A stretch of DNA of 64,000 nt from Alphaproteobacteria bacterium (GCA_964291675.2 OZ219866.1:1984001-2048000); one strand, 5' to 3'; positions 1 to 11,826 are shown, numbered from the stretch's first letter. Notes: generated by a model not told the origin, from the letters alone. A program made the numbers and translations.

Positions 1-1577
1 CCGCGGCCTTCGGCGTCGACCGGGAGCGCGTGCGCATCGTCTCCGGCGATGTCGGCGGCGGGTACGGCGTGCGCTCGGCCTGCGGCAACGAGTATCCGCT
101 GCTGCTCTGGGCCGCCCGGCGCGCGGGCCGTCCGGTCAAGTGGACCGGGGGTCGCGCCGAGACCTTCCTCTCCGACTACCACGCGCGCGACATCCGCACC
201 GAAGGCGCGCTGGCCCTCGACGCGGACGGCGGCATCGCCGGGCTCAGGATCGACTATCTCGGCAATCTCGGGGCGTATCCGATCTCGTTCGCGGTGCTCT
301 CCAACCTGCTCAAGATGGCCGGGCCGCCTTACGACATTCCGGCGATGCACGTCACCGTGCAGGGCGCGTTCACCAACACCATCCCGGTCTCCGTCTATCG
401 CGGTGCCGGGCGGCCCGAGGTGACGCAGATCGTCGAGCGCCTGATCGACCTCGCCGCCGACGAGGCGGGGATGGACGGGGCGGCGCTGCGCCGGCGCAAC
501 CTGATCGCCGCTTCCGCGCTGCCCTACCGCTCGGGGCTCGGGCTCGACTACGACTCGGGCGCGTTCGGCGAGAATTTCGAGGCGGTGCTGCGCGAGATCG
601 ACTGGGACGGTTTCCCGGCGCGGCGCGAAGCCGCTTCCGCGCGCGGCAGGCGGGCGGGGATCGGCGCCGTCGCCTATCTCGAATCGCCCGGCGCCGCGCC
701 CTATGAGCGCACCGATGTCGCGGTCCTGCCCGACGGCAGGGTCGAGGCGGCGATCGGCACCCAGGCCTCGGGCCAGGGGCACGAGACCAGCTTCGCCCAG
801 GTGGTCGCGGAGACGCTGGAAATTCCCCTTGAGAGCGTCGCGATCGCGTTCGGCGACACCGACCGGGCGGTCGACGGCTCGGGCTCCCACGCCGACCGGT
901 CGATGCGGCTCGGCGGCACCATCCTCTGGCGCGCGGCGCGGCGGATCGTCGACGACGGGCGCGAGGCGGCGGCGCACGTCCTGGAGGCCGCCGCCGCCGA
1001 TATCGGCTATGCCGAAGGCCGGTTCACCGTGCTCGGCACCGACCGTTCGGTCGGGCTGTTCGAGCTCGCCGCCGAGGCGCCGCTCGCCGCCACCGAGGAG
1101 ATCGCCACCCGTCTGCACGCCCACCCCAACGGCGCGGCCGGCTGCGAGGTCGAGATCGACCCCGAGACCGGCGAGCTGTCGGTGATCCGCTACGCCACCG
1201 TCGACGATGTCGGACGCGTCATCAACCCCTTGATCGTCGAGGGCCAGGTGCATGGCGGCATCGCCCAGGGCATCGGCCAGGCGCTGTTCGAACGCATTGT
1301 CCACGACCCCGCCTCCGGGCAGCTGCTCACCGGCTCGTTCATGGATTACTGCCTGCCGCGCGCCGACGACCTGCCATCGTTCTCGGGAGCCGTCGACGGG
1401 CGACCGACGCAGAGCAACCCGCTCGGCGTCAAGGGGGCGGGCGAGACCGGAACCACCCCGGCGACGGCGGCGGTGCTGAGCGCCGCCACCGACGCGCTCC
1501 GCGAGTACGGCGTGGCGCATCTCGAAATGCCGCTGACGCCCGAGCGCATCTGGCGCGCGATCCGGGGAGCGGGCTGA
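1..1577 (+). CDS. Xanthine dehydrogenase family molybdopterin-binding subunit (CoxL form II-like), 5' truncated by window edge
   Basis: Motifs DVGGGYG, VYRGAGRPE, GQGHET, GQVHGGIAQG, GVKGAGE; frame open from window start. Confidence 0.9.
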   Translation, partial: AAFGVDRERVRIVSGDVGGGYGVRSACGNEYPLLLWAARRAGRPVKWTGGRAETFLSDYHARDIRTEGALALDADGGIAGLRIDYLGNLGAYPISFAVLSNLLKMAGPPYDIPAMHVTVQGAFTNTIPVSVYRGAGRPEVTQIVERLIDLAADEAGMDGAALRRRNLIAASALPYRSGLGLDYDSGAFGENFEAVLREIDWDGFPARREAASARGRRAGIGAVAYLESPGAAPYERTDVAVLPDGRVEAAIGTQASGQGHETSFAQVVAETLEIPLESVAIAFGDTDRAVDGSGSHADRSMRLGGTILWRAARRIVDDGREAAAHVLEAAAADIGYAEGRFTVLGTDRSVGLFELAAEAPLAATEEIATRLHAHPNGAAGCEVEIDPETGELSVIRYATVDDVGRVINPLIVEGQVHGGIAQGIGQALFERIVHDPASGQLLTGSFMDYCLPRADDLPSFSGAVDGRPTQSNPLGVKGAGETGTTPATAAVLSAATDALREYGVAHLEMPLTPERIWRAIRGAG

Positions 1578-1583
1578 GCCTCC

Positions 1584-2564
1584 CTACTCCCCGATCTTGA
1601 ACAGCCGGACCGCGTTGGTGCGGCCGATCTTGATCCGGTCGGCCTCCGAGATCGTCACCTCGTCGAACCACTTCGCCCCGCCGTCGACGTTCTCGAACGG
1701 CCAGTCGACGGAGAACATGATCCGGTCGGAGCCGAGCTCCAGCATGGTGTCGACCAGGCTCTGGGTGCGGAAATTGCCGGAGGTGGTGATGTAGAAGTTC
1801 TCCTGCAGATAGTCGCCCAGCTTGCGCTTGGCCGGGTAGGCGGGGGGCGCGTTGGTCCAGCTATTGCGGTTGTCGCAGCGCCAGATGCTGAACGGCAGGC
1901 CCTCGCCCATATGGCCGAGCACGATCTGGATGCCGGGGTGCGCGTCGAACAGGCCGGACGCCATGAGCCGCAGCGCGTGGACGGCGGTCTCCTGGCCGAA
2001 CGCCCAGGTCGGCCCGAGCAGCCAGGGATGGCCCTCGTAGATCTGCGCCATGCTGGGCAGCGGGTTGCGCGGATGCAGGTAGAAGGGCGCGTCGAGAGCC
2101 TCGACGACGCTCCAGAAATCGCGGTATTGCGGCAGGTCGTAATAGACCGCGGTGTCGGGCTCGTCGACCTGGGAGAAGCCGTTCACGTTGGCGCCCACGA
2201 AGCCGAGCTCGGTCACGCAGCGCTCCAGCTCGCGCGCCGCGGCGTCGGGGTCCTGCATCGGCAGCGCGGCGAAGCCGAGGAACCGGTCGGGGCGCCTGGC
2301 GATTTCTTCCGCGAGCACGTCGTTCGCCTTCCTGGCGAGCGCGATGGCCTCGGCGCGGTCGTGGATGCCCTGAATCGCGGGTGCGTTGAGCGACAGGATC
2401 ATGATCTCGATTCCGTGCGCATCCATCTCCCGGACCCGCCGGTCGTGGATGTCGAGCAGCCGGCCGCTCAGCTCCTCCCAGGTATCCGGCGGCAGGTAGC
2501 CCGCCGAGTCGCTCAACGTATCCTGGATCGCGAAATGCTCCTCGAGCGCGATCTTCCCGTCCAT
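1584..2564 (-). CDS. graF: Gamma-resorcylate (2,6-dihydroxybenzoate) decarboxylase, amidohydrolase_2 family
   Basis: GKIALEEHF, FYLHPRNP, HPWLLGPTWAF, LGHMGEGLP, TTSGNFRTQ, DWPFEN closely match my recollection of the Rhizobium enzyme; RBS GGAGGG upstream. Confidence 0.85.
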   Translation of the reverse strand: MDGKIALEEHFAIQDTLSDSAGYLPPDTWEELSGRLLDIHDRRVREMDAHGIEIMILSLNAPAIQGIHDRAEAIALARKANDVLAEEIARRPDRFLGFAALPMQDPDAAARELERCVTELGFVGANVNGFSQVDEPDTAVYYDLPQYRDFWSVVEALDAPFYLHPRNPLPSMAQIYEGHPWLLGPTWAFGQETAVHALRLMASGLFDAHPGIQIVLGHMGEGLPFSIWRCDNRNSWTNAPPAYPAKRKLGDYLQENFYITTSGNFRTQSLVDTMLELGSDRIMFSVDWPFENVDGGAKWFDEVTISEADRIKIGRTNAVRLFKIGE

Positions 2565-2695
2565 CCTTCTTCCCTCCGTGCCTGTGCCGCGGAATCGGGA
2601 CTATGCACGAATTGCCGGGTCGAAAGAACGCCGCGCGCTTGACCTCGGCGGGCGGGCGGCGGATCGTGCGGGGACGCCCTTCGAGGAGCAGGAAC

Positions 2696-3907
2696 TTGGC
2701 GACGCGACAGACCGTCTTCCAGCCCATCCCCGAGCGCGAGGAGATCAACGCCCGCATAGCGGCGATGCTGCCTCTGGTACGCGAGAACGCGCTCGCCGGC
2801 GAGCGCGGCCGCAAGGTCGCCGACGAGGTGATCGAGGCGTTCAAGGACACCGGCATCCACCTCGCCTTGCAGCCCCGGCGCTATGGCGGCTGGGAGCACG
2901 GCTACGAGACGGTGATCGACGTGAGCTCGGCGCTGGGAACCGCCTGCGCCTCAACCGCCTGGGTGTGCGGGCTCTACATGATCCACAACTGGGCGCTCAC
3001 CCTGTTCCCCGAAGAGTTCCAGGACGAGATCTGGAGCGAGACCCGGGCGGTCGCCATTTCGGGGTCCTACGCGCCGGCCGGAACCGCGACCGCGGTCGAT
3101 GGCGGGTTTCGCCTCTCCGGCCGGTTCAGGTTTTCCAGCGGCTGCCCGCATGCCGACTGGAACCTGTGCGGCGCGGCGCTCCCCACCGCTTCGGGCGACG
3201 GAACCGCGCCCGCCTTCGTGCTGATCCCCAAGAGCGACTATCGCATCGACTGGGAGAGCTGGGACAATGTCGGCCTCGCCGCGACCGGGAGCTACGACGT
3301 GCTGGTCGACGATGCGTTCGTGCCCGCGCGCCGCGTGCTCCCCTTCGCCGCGGCGATGACGGGGAACGCGCCCGGGCTGCCGGCCCACGACAATCCGATC
3401 TACCGCATTCCGATGCTGGCCTGTGTGCCCTACGCCCTGGCGATGCCCGGCGTCGGTGCCGCGCGCGGCGCCATCGACCTGTTCGTGGAGGAGAACCGCG
3501 CCCGCGAGACCCGCGGCGCCGTGGTCGCCGGCGGCAACAGGGTCTCGGACTACCAGACCGTCCAGAAGCGCGTCGGCGAGGCCGAGGCGCTGGTCGATTC
3601 CTGCCTGGTCGTCGCCTATCGCGACATCGCCGAGACCCAGGATGAGGTCGCGGCCAACGGCGCGGTGTCGCTGGAGACCCGCATGCGCAACCGGCGCAGC
3701 CAGTCCTTCATCACCCATCAGGCGGTGGCGGCGATCGACCTCATCCTCGCCGCCGCCGGCGGGCGGTCGATGCAGGCGAGCCACCCCATCCCGCGCGCCT
3801 GGCGGGACATCCACAGCGCGGCGGCGCATATCAGCCTCAACCACGACGCGGTGATGTCGATGATCGGCCAGTACCGCTTCGGTCTGGAGCCGCACGGCCA
3901 GTATTGA
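2696..3907 (+). CDS. Acyl-CoA dehydrogenase-like two-component flavin-dependent monooxygenase (HsaA/GraA family)
   Basis: PRRYGG, FSSGCPHADW, W..VGLAATGS, RAWRDIH; probable TTG start at 2696 after GAGGAG. Confidence 0.85.
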   Translation: MATRQTVFQPIPEREEINARIAAMLPLVRENALAGERGRKVADEVIEAFKDTGIHLALQPRRYGGWEHGYETVIDVSSALGTACASTAWVCGLYMIHNWALTLFPEEFQDEIWSETRAVAISGSYAPAGTATAVDGGFRLSGRFRFSSGCPHADWNLCGAALPTASGDGTAPAFVLIPKSDYRIDWESWDNVGLAATGSYDVLVDDAFVPARRVLPFAAAMTGNAPGLPAHDNPIYRIPMLACVPYALAMPGVGAARGAIDLFVEENRARETRGAVVAGGNRVSDYQTVQKRVGEAEALVDSCLVVAYRDIAETQDEVAANGAVSLETRMRNRRSQSFITHQAVAAIDLILAAAGGRSMQASHPIPRAWRDIHSAAAHISLNHDAVMSMIGQYRFGLEPHGQY

Positions 3908-3927
3908 CGCGCCGCCGGGCTTGCGCA

Positions 3928-4782
3928 CTAGGCGGGGCCGCGCCGCAGCAGCGCGATATAGATCAGCGCGGTGGCGAACATGATCAGGCTGTAGGTCGCC
4001 GCCGGCACGGTCGCCAGCCCGCCGCCGAACAGCAGCACCGCGACGGCGATGGCGAGCGTCCCGTTCTGCAGCCCGCATTCGATGGCGATCGCGGTGCGCT
4101 GGGCGGGGCCGGTGGCGAACAGCCGCGCCAGCCCCCAGGCGATGGCCATCATCGCGAGGTTGAGGACCAGGGTGACGAGGCCGGCCTCGGCGAAATAGGG
4201 GACGATGTTGGCCCGTTCCTGGACGATCGCGCCGGCCAGCACGAGCACGAACAGCACCGCGGACAGCTTGCGCGCCGCCGGCTCGGCGCGACGCGCGAAG
4301 CCCTCGGCGAAGCGGCGGACGAACAGGCCGATCAGCACCGGGACGGCGACGATCAGGAACACGCCGATGGCGGTTCCCGCGACCGAGATGTCCTTGCCCG
4401 CCTGTTCCCCGAGGAACCGGGCGTAGGAGAAGACCACGATGACCGGGATGGTGACCACGCTCAGCAGGCTGATCACCGCGGTCAGCGAGATCGACAGCGC
4501 CACGTCGCCGCGCGCGAATGCGGTCAGGATGTTCGAGGTCACCCCGCCCGGCGCGGCGGCGATGATCATCAGCCCGAGCGCCAGCTCCGGCGCCATCGGC
4601 CAGATGCTGGCGAGGGCGAAGGCGACCGCCGGGAGCACGACGATCTGGCAGGCCGCGCCGAGCGCGAAATCGCGCGGACGGCGCGCCACCCGGGCGAAGT
4701 CGTCGAAGGTGAGCCCGAGCCCGAGGGCCAGCATGATAAAGGCGAGCGCCAGCGGCAGCACGACATCGACCATGAACCCCAT
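3928..4782 (-). CDS. Bile acid:sodium symporter (SBF) family transporter
   Basis: Multi-TM protein; PGGVTSN, GDVALSISLT and ECGLQNG motifs. Confidence 0.9.
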   Translation of the reverse strand: MGFMVDVVLPLALAFIMLALGLGLTFDDFARVARRPRDFALGAACQIVVLPAVAFALASIWPMAPELALGLMIIAAAPGGVTSNILTAFARGDVALSISLTAVISLLSVVTIPVIVVFSYARFLGEQAGKDISVAGTAIGVFLIVAVPVLIGLFVRRFAEGFARRAEPAARKLSAVLFVLVLAGAIVQERANIVPYFAEAGLVTLVLNLAMMAIAWGLARLFATGPAQRTAIAIECGLQNGTLAIAVAVLLFGGGLATVPAATYSLIMFATALIYIALLRRGPA

Positions 4783-4903
4783 GACATCCCTCCAGATGCG
4801 GCCGGCCTAGGCAAACCATTGCGCAGGGCTATATTGCATTGTGAAACGGCGCGGACGGCGGGGGAAGTGGGCCCGCCCGGCCGCCCGGCGAGGGAGCCAG
4901 AGA

Positions 4904-5821
4904 ATGACCCAGACGATGCAGTCCGGCCCGGCCGGCGCCGACGTGGTGGCGCCGCTCACCTTCATCGTGCCGCAGGACACCAAGCCGTCGTTCCACTCGA
5001 CGGCGCTCACCGGCGGCGTGCAGAAGCTGTTCTTCGAGACCGAGCCGGTCGCCGTCTCCATCGCCGACATGCGCCCGCTCGCCGGCGAACTGTCGATCGA
5101 CCGGGAGGGGTTCGAGCTGCATCGCCACGCGACGGCGGTTGCCGATCTCTACGACGACGAGGCGGTCGAGACCCGCTACTACAGGGAGATCGAGGCGTTG
5201 CTGAACGAGCGCTTCGGCGCCGAGAGGAGCGTGGTGTTCGACGCCACGAGGCGGGCGGACAGCGAGGCCGGCGCGCCCAACCCGGACGGGCTGCGCGGTC
5301 CCGCCGTCCGCGTCCATGTCGACTACACGGTGAAGAGCGGCCCGCAGCGTGTCGCCGACATACTGGGCGAGGACGAGGCGGCACGCCTCGCCGGGAGCGG
5401 GGCGCATATCGTCCAGGTCAATGTGTGGCGGCCGATATCGGGGCCGGTGCGGCGCTCGCCGCTGGCGGTCGCCGACGCGTCCTCCATCGCGCCTGCCGAG
5501 CTCCTCGCCACCGACCAGGTCTTCCCCGACCGGGTGGGCGAGATCTACATGCTCGCCCACGCGCCGACGCAGCGCTGGTACTACGCGCCGGAGATGACGC
5601 CGGACGAGGTGCTGCTGATCAAGGGCTGGGACAGCATCGACGACGGCCGCGCGCGCTTCACGCCGCACGGCGCGTTCCCGTTCGCCGAGACGCCGGACGC
5701 GCCGCCGCGCGAGAGCATCGAGGTGCGCGCGCTGGTGGTGATCGGGAACGCGGACGCCGCGCGGCTCGGCGGTGAGGTGGTGGGCGCGGCTGGGATTGAA
5801 CCAGCGACCTCTCGCGTGTGA
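4904..5821 (+). CDS. CmcJ/NvfI (AsaB-like) family Fe(II) oxidoreductase; 3' end overlaps tRNA-Val antisense
   Basis: VHVDYT, QVNVWRPI, PLAVADA, TPHGAF, RESIEVR motifs. Confidence 0.8.
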   Translation: MTQTMQSGPAGADVVAPLTFIVPQDTKPSFHSTALTGGVQKLFFETEPVAVSIADMRPLAGELSIDREGFELHRHATAVADLYDDEAVETRYYREIEALLNERFGAERSVVFDATRRADSEAGAPNPDGLRGPAVRVHVDYTVKSGPQRVADILGEDEAARLAGSGAHIVQVNVWRPISGPVRRSPLAVADASSIAPAELLATDQVFPDRVGEIYMLAHAPTQRWYYAPEMTPDEVLLIKGWDSIDDGRARFTPHGAFPFAETPDAPPRESIEVRALVVIGNADAARLGGEVVGAAGIEPATSRV

Positions 5822-5852
5822 GGCGAGCGCTCTCCCGCTGAGCTACGCGCCC
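5778..5852 (-). tRNA. tRNA-Val (anticodon CAC)
   Basis: Reverse complement GGGCGCGTAGCTCAGCGGGAGAGCGCTCGC-CTCACAC-GCGAGAGGTCGCTGGTTCAATCCCAGCCGCGCCCACCA; full cloverleaf with encoded CCA. Confidence 0.97.
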
Positions 5853-5863
5853 GAAGACGGGCG

Positions 5864-5893
5864 GGTATAGGGCCGGCCGCTCCGCGGTGTCAA
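5864..5893 (-). promoter_or_regulatory. Sigma70-like promoter of tRNA-Val
   Basis: TTGACA-N18-TATACC on minus strand, 11 nt upstream of the tRNA 5' end. Confidence 0.65.
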
Positions 5894-5983
5894 GAAACCG
5901 GCGCGATTCGGGGGTTGCGAGTCGCCCCTTCGCGGTCCAGTTTCCGCCCCCGGAAAGCCAGTTGAGCGAGCACAGGCCAATCC

Positions 5984-6823
5984 ATGATTCGACTCAGGCG
6001 TGTAATTCACGGGTTGCTGCTGGCGGCGGCCGTCGCGGCACCGGCGACCGCGAAGGAGTGTCCCGACCCGTCGGCCCGCAGGACCGTCCACCTGGTCTAC
6101 GCGGTCTATCTCGGCGGGATCAATGCGGTCGACCTCAATATCGACCTCGCGCTCGGCTGCGACGGCTACCGGCTCGACCTGTCCAGCAAGGTCGAGGGCC
6201 TGATGCGCTACATCCTGCCCTGGTCCCTCCGCGTCCGCTCCGAGGGCCGGGTGCGGGAGGCGGGGCTGGTGCCGGAACGGGCCCACACCGAGAGTACGTG
6301 GCGCGGCAAGCGGCGCTGGACCACGCTCGAATTCCCGGGCGGCCGTCCGGTGATCGTGAGCGCCCAGCCCAGGCGCAAGCCCCCCGACGTGCCGCCCGAA
6401 AAGATGCAGGGCGCCATCGACATCGCAACCGGCGTGCTCAGCGCCGCGCGCGCGGTAACCCGGCCCGGGTCCTGCGCGGTCAGGCTGCCGGTGTTCGACG
6501 GCCGCAGGCGCTTCGACGCCGTCTTCGAGGCGCTCGGCGAGGGCGAGCTGCCGCGCTCCAGGCTCTCCGCCTATTCCGGCAAGGCCGAGGTGTGCGATCT
6601 CAGCATCGAGAACCTGCTCGGTCGCCGGAAGAAGACCGACTATGCGGGGCTGGCGAGCGGCGAAAGGACGATGACGTTCTGGTTCGCGCCGCTGTTCGAC
6701 GGCATCCACCCGCTGCCGGTGCGGATCCAGCAGGACACCGACCTCGGCGGGGCGATCGGGCATCTGACCAGCGCCAGAATCGACGGCGAGGGCGGGCAGC
6801 CGGCCTACGCCTTGCCGCCTTGA
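5984..6823 (+). CDS. DUF3108 family exported protein
   Basis: Signal peptide, Y.VYLGG, PVFDGRRRFD, PLPVRI pattern. Confidence 0.7.
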   Translation: MIRLRRVIHGLLLAAAVAAPATAKECPDPSARRTVHLVYAVYLGGINAVDLNIDLALGCDGYRLDLSSKVEGLMRYILPWSLRVRSEGRVREAGLVPERAHTESTWRGKRRWTTLEFPGGRPVIVSAQPRRKPPDVPPEKMQGAIDIATGVLSAARAVTRPGSCAVRLPVFDGRRRFDAVFEALGEGELPRSRLSAYSGKAEVCDLSIENLLGRRKKTDYAGLASGERTMTFWFAPLFDGIHPLPVRIQQDTDLGGAIGHLTSARIDGEGGQPAYALPP

Positions 6824-6938
6824 TCGCGCCGGATCTCCCAATCCGCCGGGAGGCGCGCGCGGCAAAGCCCGTGGCGTCCGCCCCGGCTTTGTGGCAGTTT
6901 TCCGCGCCAGTCGATCAACCTGCGCCGGTACCCGCCAT

Positions 6939-8297
6939 ATGAGTGACAGGAGAGCCGCTGCCCTGGTGCTGGCCGCCGGCAAGGGCACGCGCATGAAGTC
7001 GGCCCTGCCCAAGACGCTGCACGAGATCGGCGGCCGATCGATGATCGGCCATGTGCTCGACCGGCTGGCCGAGACCGGGGTCGACCGCGCGGCCGTGGTC
7101 GTCGGCACCGGCGCCGAGGCGGTGGCAAGCGCGGTGGCGCCGGTCCCGACCGTGGTGCAGGACCCGCCGCTGGGTACCGCCCATGCGGTGCTGGCGGCGC
7201 GGGATTTCCTCGCCGGCTTCGACGGCGACGTGCTGGTCCTGTTCGGCGACACGCCGCTGCTGCGGGCCGACACGGTCCGCCACATGCTCGAAATGCGCCG
7301 CTCGCCGGCCGACCCGGCCGTCGTCGTGCTCGGCTTCCGGCCGGACGACACGGCCGAGTACGGGCGGCTGGTCACCGACGGGGACGGCCGGCTGCTCGCC
7401 ATCGTCGAGCACCGCGACGCGGACGAGGAGACCCGCCGGATCGGCTTCTGCAACGCCGGCATCATGGCGGCCGACGGGCGCCACCTGCTGTCGCTGCTCG
7501 ACGAGGTGGGCAACGACAACGCCAAGGGCGAGTATTCCATCACCGATATCGTCGCCATCGCCCGGTCGCGCGGGCTCGCCTGCGCGGTCACCGAGGCGGC
7601 GGATGCGGACGAGGTGATGGGCGTCAACGCGCGGTCCGAGCTCGCCGTCGCCGAGCGCGTGCTCCAGCAGAGGCTGCGCGCGCGGGCGATGGCCGACGGC
7701 GCGACGCTGGTCGACCCGGACAGCGTCTGGTTCAGCCACGACACCAGGCTCGGCCGGGACGTGACGATCGGCCCGCAGGTGGTGTTCGGACCCGGTGTGA
7801 CGGTCGGCGACGGCGTGACGATCGCGGCGTTCTGCCATATCGAGGGGGCCGAGATCGCCGACGATGCGGCGGTCGGCCCGTTCGCCCGGCTGCGCCCGGG
7901 CGCCCGCATCGGGGGCCGGGCGAGGGTCGGCAATTTCGTCGAGATCAAGGCCTCGTCGCTCGGCGCCGGCGCCAAGGTGAACCATCTGAGCTATGTCGGC
8001 GACAGCCGGGTGGGCGAAGGAGCCAATATCGGCGCCGGCACCATCACCTGCAACTATGACGGGTTCGACAAGGCGGAGACCGAGATCGGGGCGGGCGCCT
8101 TCATCGGCTCCAACGCGGCCCTGGTCGCCCCGGTCACCGTCGGCGAGGGCGCCATCGTCGGCGCCGGCAGCACGATCGCCCGCGACGTGCCGCCCGGCGC
8201 GCTCGCCGTCGAGCGCGGCGCGCAGACGGTCAAGGCGGGCTGGGCCGAGGAGTTCCGCAGTCGCCGCCGGGCTTCCGGGCCGCGCTCGGGATCGTAG
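6939..8297 (+). CDS. glmU: Bifunctional UDP-GlcNAc pyrophosphorylase / glucosamine-1-phosphate N-acetyltransferase
   Basis: LAAGKGTRMKS, GPFARLRPG, NFVEIK, HLSYVGD, TCNYDG, hexapeptide repeats; adjacent to glmS. Confidence 0.98.
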   Translation: MSDRRAAALVLAAGKGTRMKSALPKTLHEIGGRSMIGHVLDRLAETGVDRAAVVVGTGAEAVASAVAPVPTVVQDPPLGTAHAVLAARDFLAGFDGDVLVLFGDTPLLRADTVRHMLEMRRSPADPAVVVLGFRPDDTAEYGRLVTDGDGRLLAIVEHRDADEETRRIGFCNAGIMAADGRHLLSLLDEVGNDNAKGEYSITDIVAIARSRGLACAVTEAADADEVMGVNARSELAVAERVLQQRLRARAMADGATLVDPDSVWFSHDTRLGRDVTIGPQVVFGPGVTVGDGVTIAAFCHIEGAEIADDAAVGPFARLRPGARIGGRARVGNFVEIKASSLGAGAKVNHLSYVGDSRVGEGANIGAGTITCNYDGFDKAETEIGAGAFIGSNAALVAPVTVGEGAIVGAGSTIARDVPPGALAVERGAQTVKAGWAEEFRSRRRASGPRSGS

Positions 8298-8308
8298 GGC
8301 CGGGGCCC

Positions 8309-10132
<1,824 letters not shown>

Positions 10133-10138
10133 CGCCGC

Positions 10139-10891
10139 TCAGATCGCCCGCTCGACCGGGACGCCGCGCACGTCCATCTCGTATTCCAGCCCCTCGACCG
10201 GCGGCCGCGCGTAGTGCCAGGTGAGCCCGGCCGGCGCCGCGCCGCGCGCGACGATCTCCTCGGCGAGGAACGGGTGCGGGTCGTGCACGGTGTAGAGCTG
10301 GGTCGCCGTCGAATCGCCCCACCCCGCGCCCAGCGCCCGCATCCGCGTCTCCATCTCGGCGAGGACGAAGCGCGCCTTTTCGCGCAGCGCTTCGGGCGAT
10401 GTCTCGCCGCGGCGCACGATGTGGTCGCGGTAGTTGGCCATCCCCTCGGGCACGTCGGCCCCGCCGGCCGCGACGAACCCGCCCGCGGCCCCGCCCGCCG
10501 CCTCCACGGTGTAGGCGAAGGCATGGAAGACGGGTTCGGGCGGCGGGTCGATCGCCGGACACACGTTGGAGCGCGCGACCGGGTTGTCGCCGTCCCGGAA
10601 GATGCCCCAGCGCTCCAGCGTCCCGACATAGACCCGGTTGAAGGCGGCGAAACCGTCCTCGGTGAACGGCGCGGGCGATCTCAGCTCGCAGGCGCAGAAC
10701 GCCGTCGGCGGCCGGCCGAGCGCGGCGAGATGGGCCTCGATCGCCGCGAAGCCGTCCTCCAGCGCAAGCGGGCGCCGGAACCCCGCGCGCTCGACGGCGA
10801 ATCCCGGCTCGGCCGCGACACCGCCGGAATACTGGAACACGCCGCGCATGTAGCGGTAGCCGCCCGCCTCGAAGATCGCCGTCTCCGTCAT
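10139..10891 (-). CDS. CnbZ-like 2-amino-5-chloromuconate deaminase family protein
   Basis: GVFQYSGGVAA, FCACELRSP, NPVARSNVCP, RPPVEGLEYEMD; ATG at 10891 with GAGAGG RBS, overlapping the upstream stop. Confidence 0.65.
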   Translation of the reverse strand: MTETAIFEAGGYRYMRGVFQYSGGVAAEPGFAVERAGFRRPLALEDGFAAIEAHLAALGRPPTAFCACELRSPAPFTEDGFAAFNRVYVGTLERWGIFRDGDNPVARSNVCPAIDPPPEPVFHAFAYTVEAAGGAAGGFVAAGGADVPEGMANYRDHIVRRGETSPEALREKARFVLAEMETRMRALGAGWGDSTATQLYTVHDPHPFLAEEIVARGAAPAGLTWHYARPPVEGLEYEMDVRGVPVERAI

Positions 10892-11826
10892 CCGCCTCTC
10901 TCCCCTCTCGCCTCGGCCCGGGCGATATAGTAGGTGCTGCCGACGATGATGGCAGCCCCGAGCACCGTCCACGCCGAGGGGATCTCGGCGAACAGCAGGA
11001 AACCCAGGGCCGCGGCATAGATCAGGCGCAGATTCTCGGCCGGGCCGACGGCGTTGGCCTCGCCGATGGAGAACGCCCGGAAGTAGCAGAACATGCCCCC
11101 GGTGGTCAGCACGCCGATGGCGAGCAGCAGCAGCCATTCGATCCCGACCGGGGCATGCCCGGCCCACAGCGTCGGGCCGGCGAACACCGCCACCCCGCCG
11201 ATATGGTAGTAGAACAGCATCCGGGCGGTCGGCTCGGTCGCGGCCAGGATGCGGATCAGCACGTTGGCGACGGCGAACAGCAGCGCGGTGCCGACGGCGA
11301 TCAGCGCCACCGGGTCGATGCCCGCCGCGCCCGGGCGCATCATCACCAGGACGCCGAGGAAGCCCACGCCCGTCGCGACCCAGCGCCGGGCCCTCACCAG
11401 CTCCGACAGTACGATCACCGCCACCAGGGTGGTGAACAGCGGCTTGGAGAACATGAACGCCGTCGCGTCGGCGAGCGGCATGTGGATGATGGTGTAGAAC
11501 ACGCCGAGCTGGGCGAGGAAGGCGAGCCCCATGCGCAGCCCGTGCACCCCGATGCGCGCCGTCCTGAGCCCGCTCCACCCCAGCCGGACGAAGAGCGGGG
11601 TGAGCACGACCATCCCCGTCATGTAGCGATAGAAGGACAGCTCGTGCGGCGCGAACTTGGCGCCGAGCGCCTTGACCAGGACGTCCGAGCTGGTCAGCAG
11701 GAAGGCGCCGCCGGCGAGCAGCAGGATGCCGCGAAAATTGGCCGGCAGGGCGAGCCACAACCCGCCGAGCCGCGTCGCGGCGCCCGGAGCCGCCGCGGTC
11801 TTGCCAGCTTCGCGCGGCCGATCCAA
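10888..11826 (-). CDS. EamA/DMT family transporter
   Basis: About 10 hydrophobic segments, two EamA-like repeats (PLADAT..F..PLF; GFLLFAEIP); TTG start after GGAGAGG (ATG 11859/11862 are alternatives). Confidence 0.88.
   Translation of the reverse strand: MDRPREAGKTAAAPGAATRLGGLWLALPANFRGILLLAGGAFLLTSSDVLVKALGAKFAPHELSFYRYMTGMVVLTPLFVRLGWSGLRTARIGVHGLRMGLAFLAQLGVFYTIIHMPLADATAFMFSKPLFTTLVAVIVLSELVRARRWVATGVGFLGVLVMMRPGAAGIDPVALIAVGTALLFAVANVLIRILAATEPTARMLFYYHIGGVAVFAGPTLWAGHAPVGIEWLLLLAIGVLTTGGMFCYFRAFSIGEANAVGPAENLRLIYAAALGFLLFAEIPSAWTVLGAAIIVGSTYYIARAEARGERGG

Noticed and set aside
4806-4826. Sigma54 promoter-like GG...TTGC
   Set aside because: GG to GC spacing is 9 nt rather than the required 10
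5843-7975. 710-aa minus-strand ORF and similar long Arg/Pro/Ala-rich ORFs (e.g. 21694-24402, 47126-49600, 14103-16493)
   Set aside because: Alternative-frame or antisense shadows of recognisable genes, expected at this GC content; no motifs
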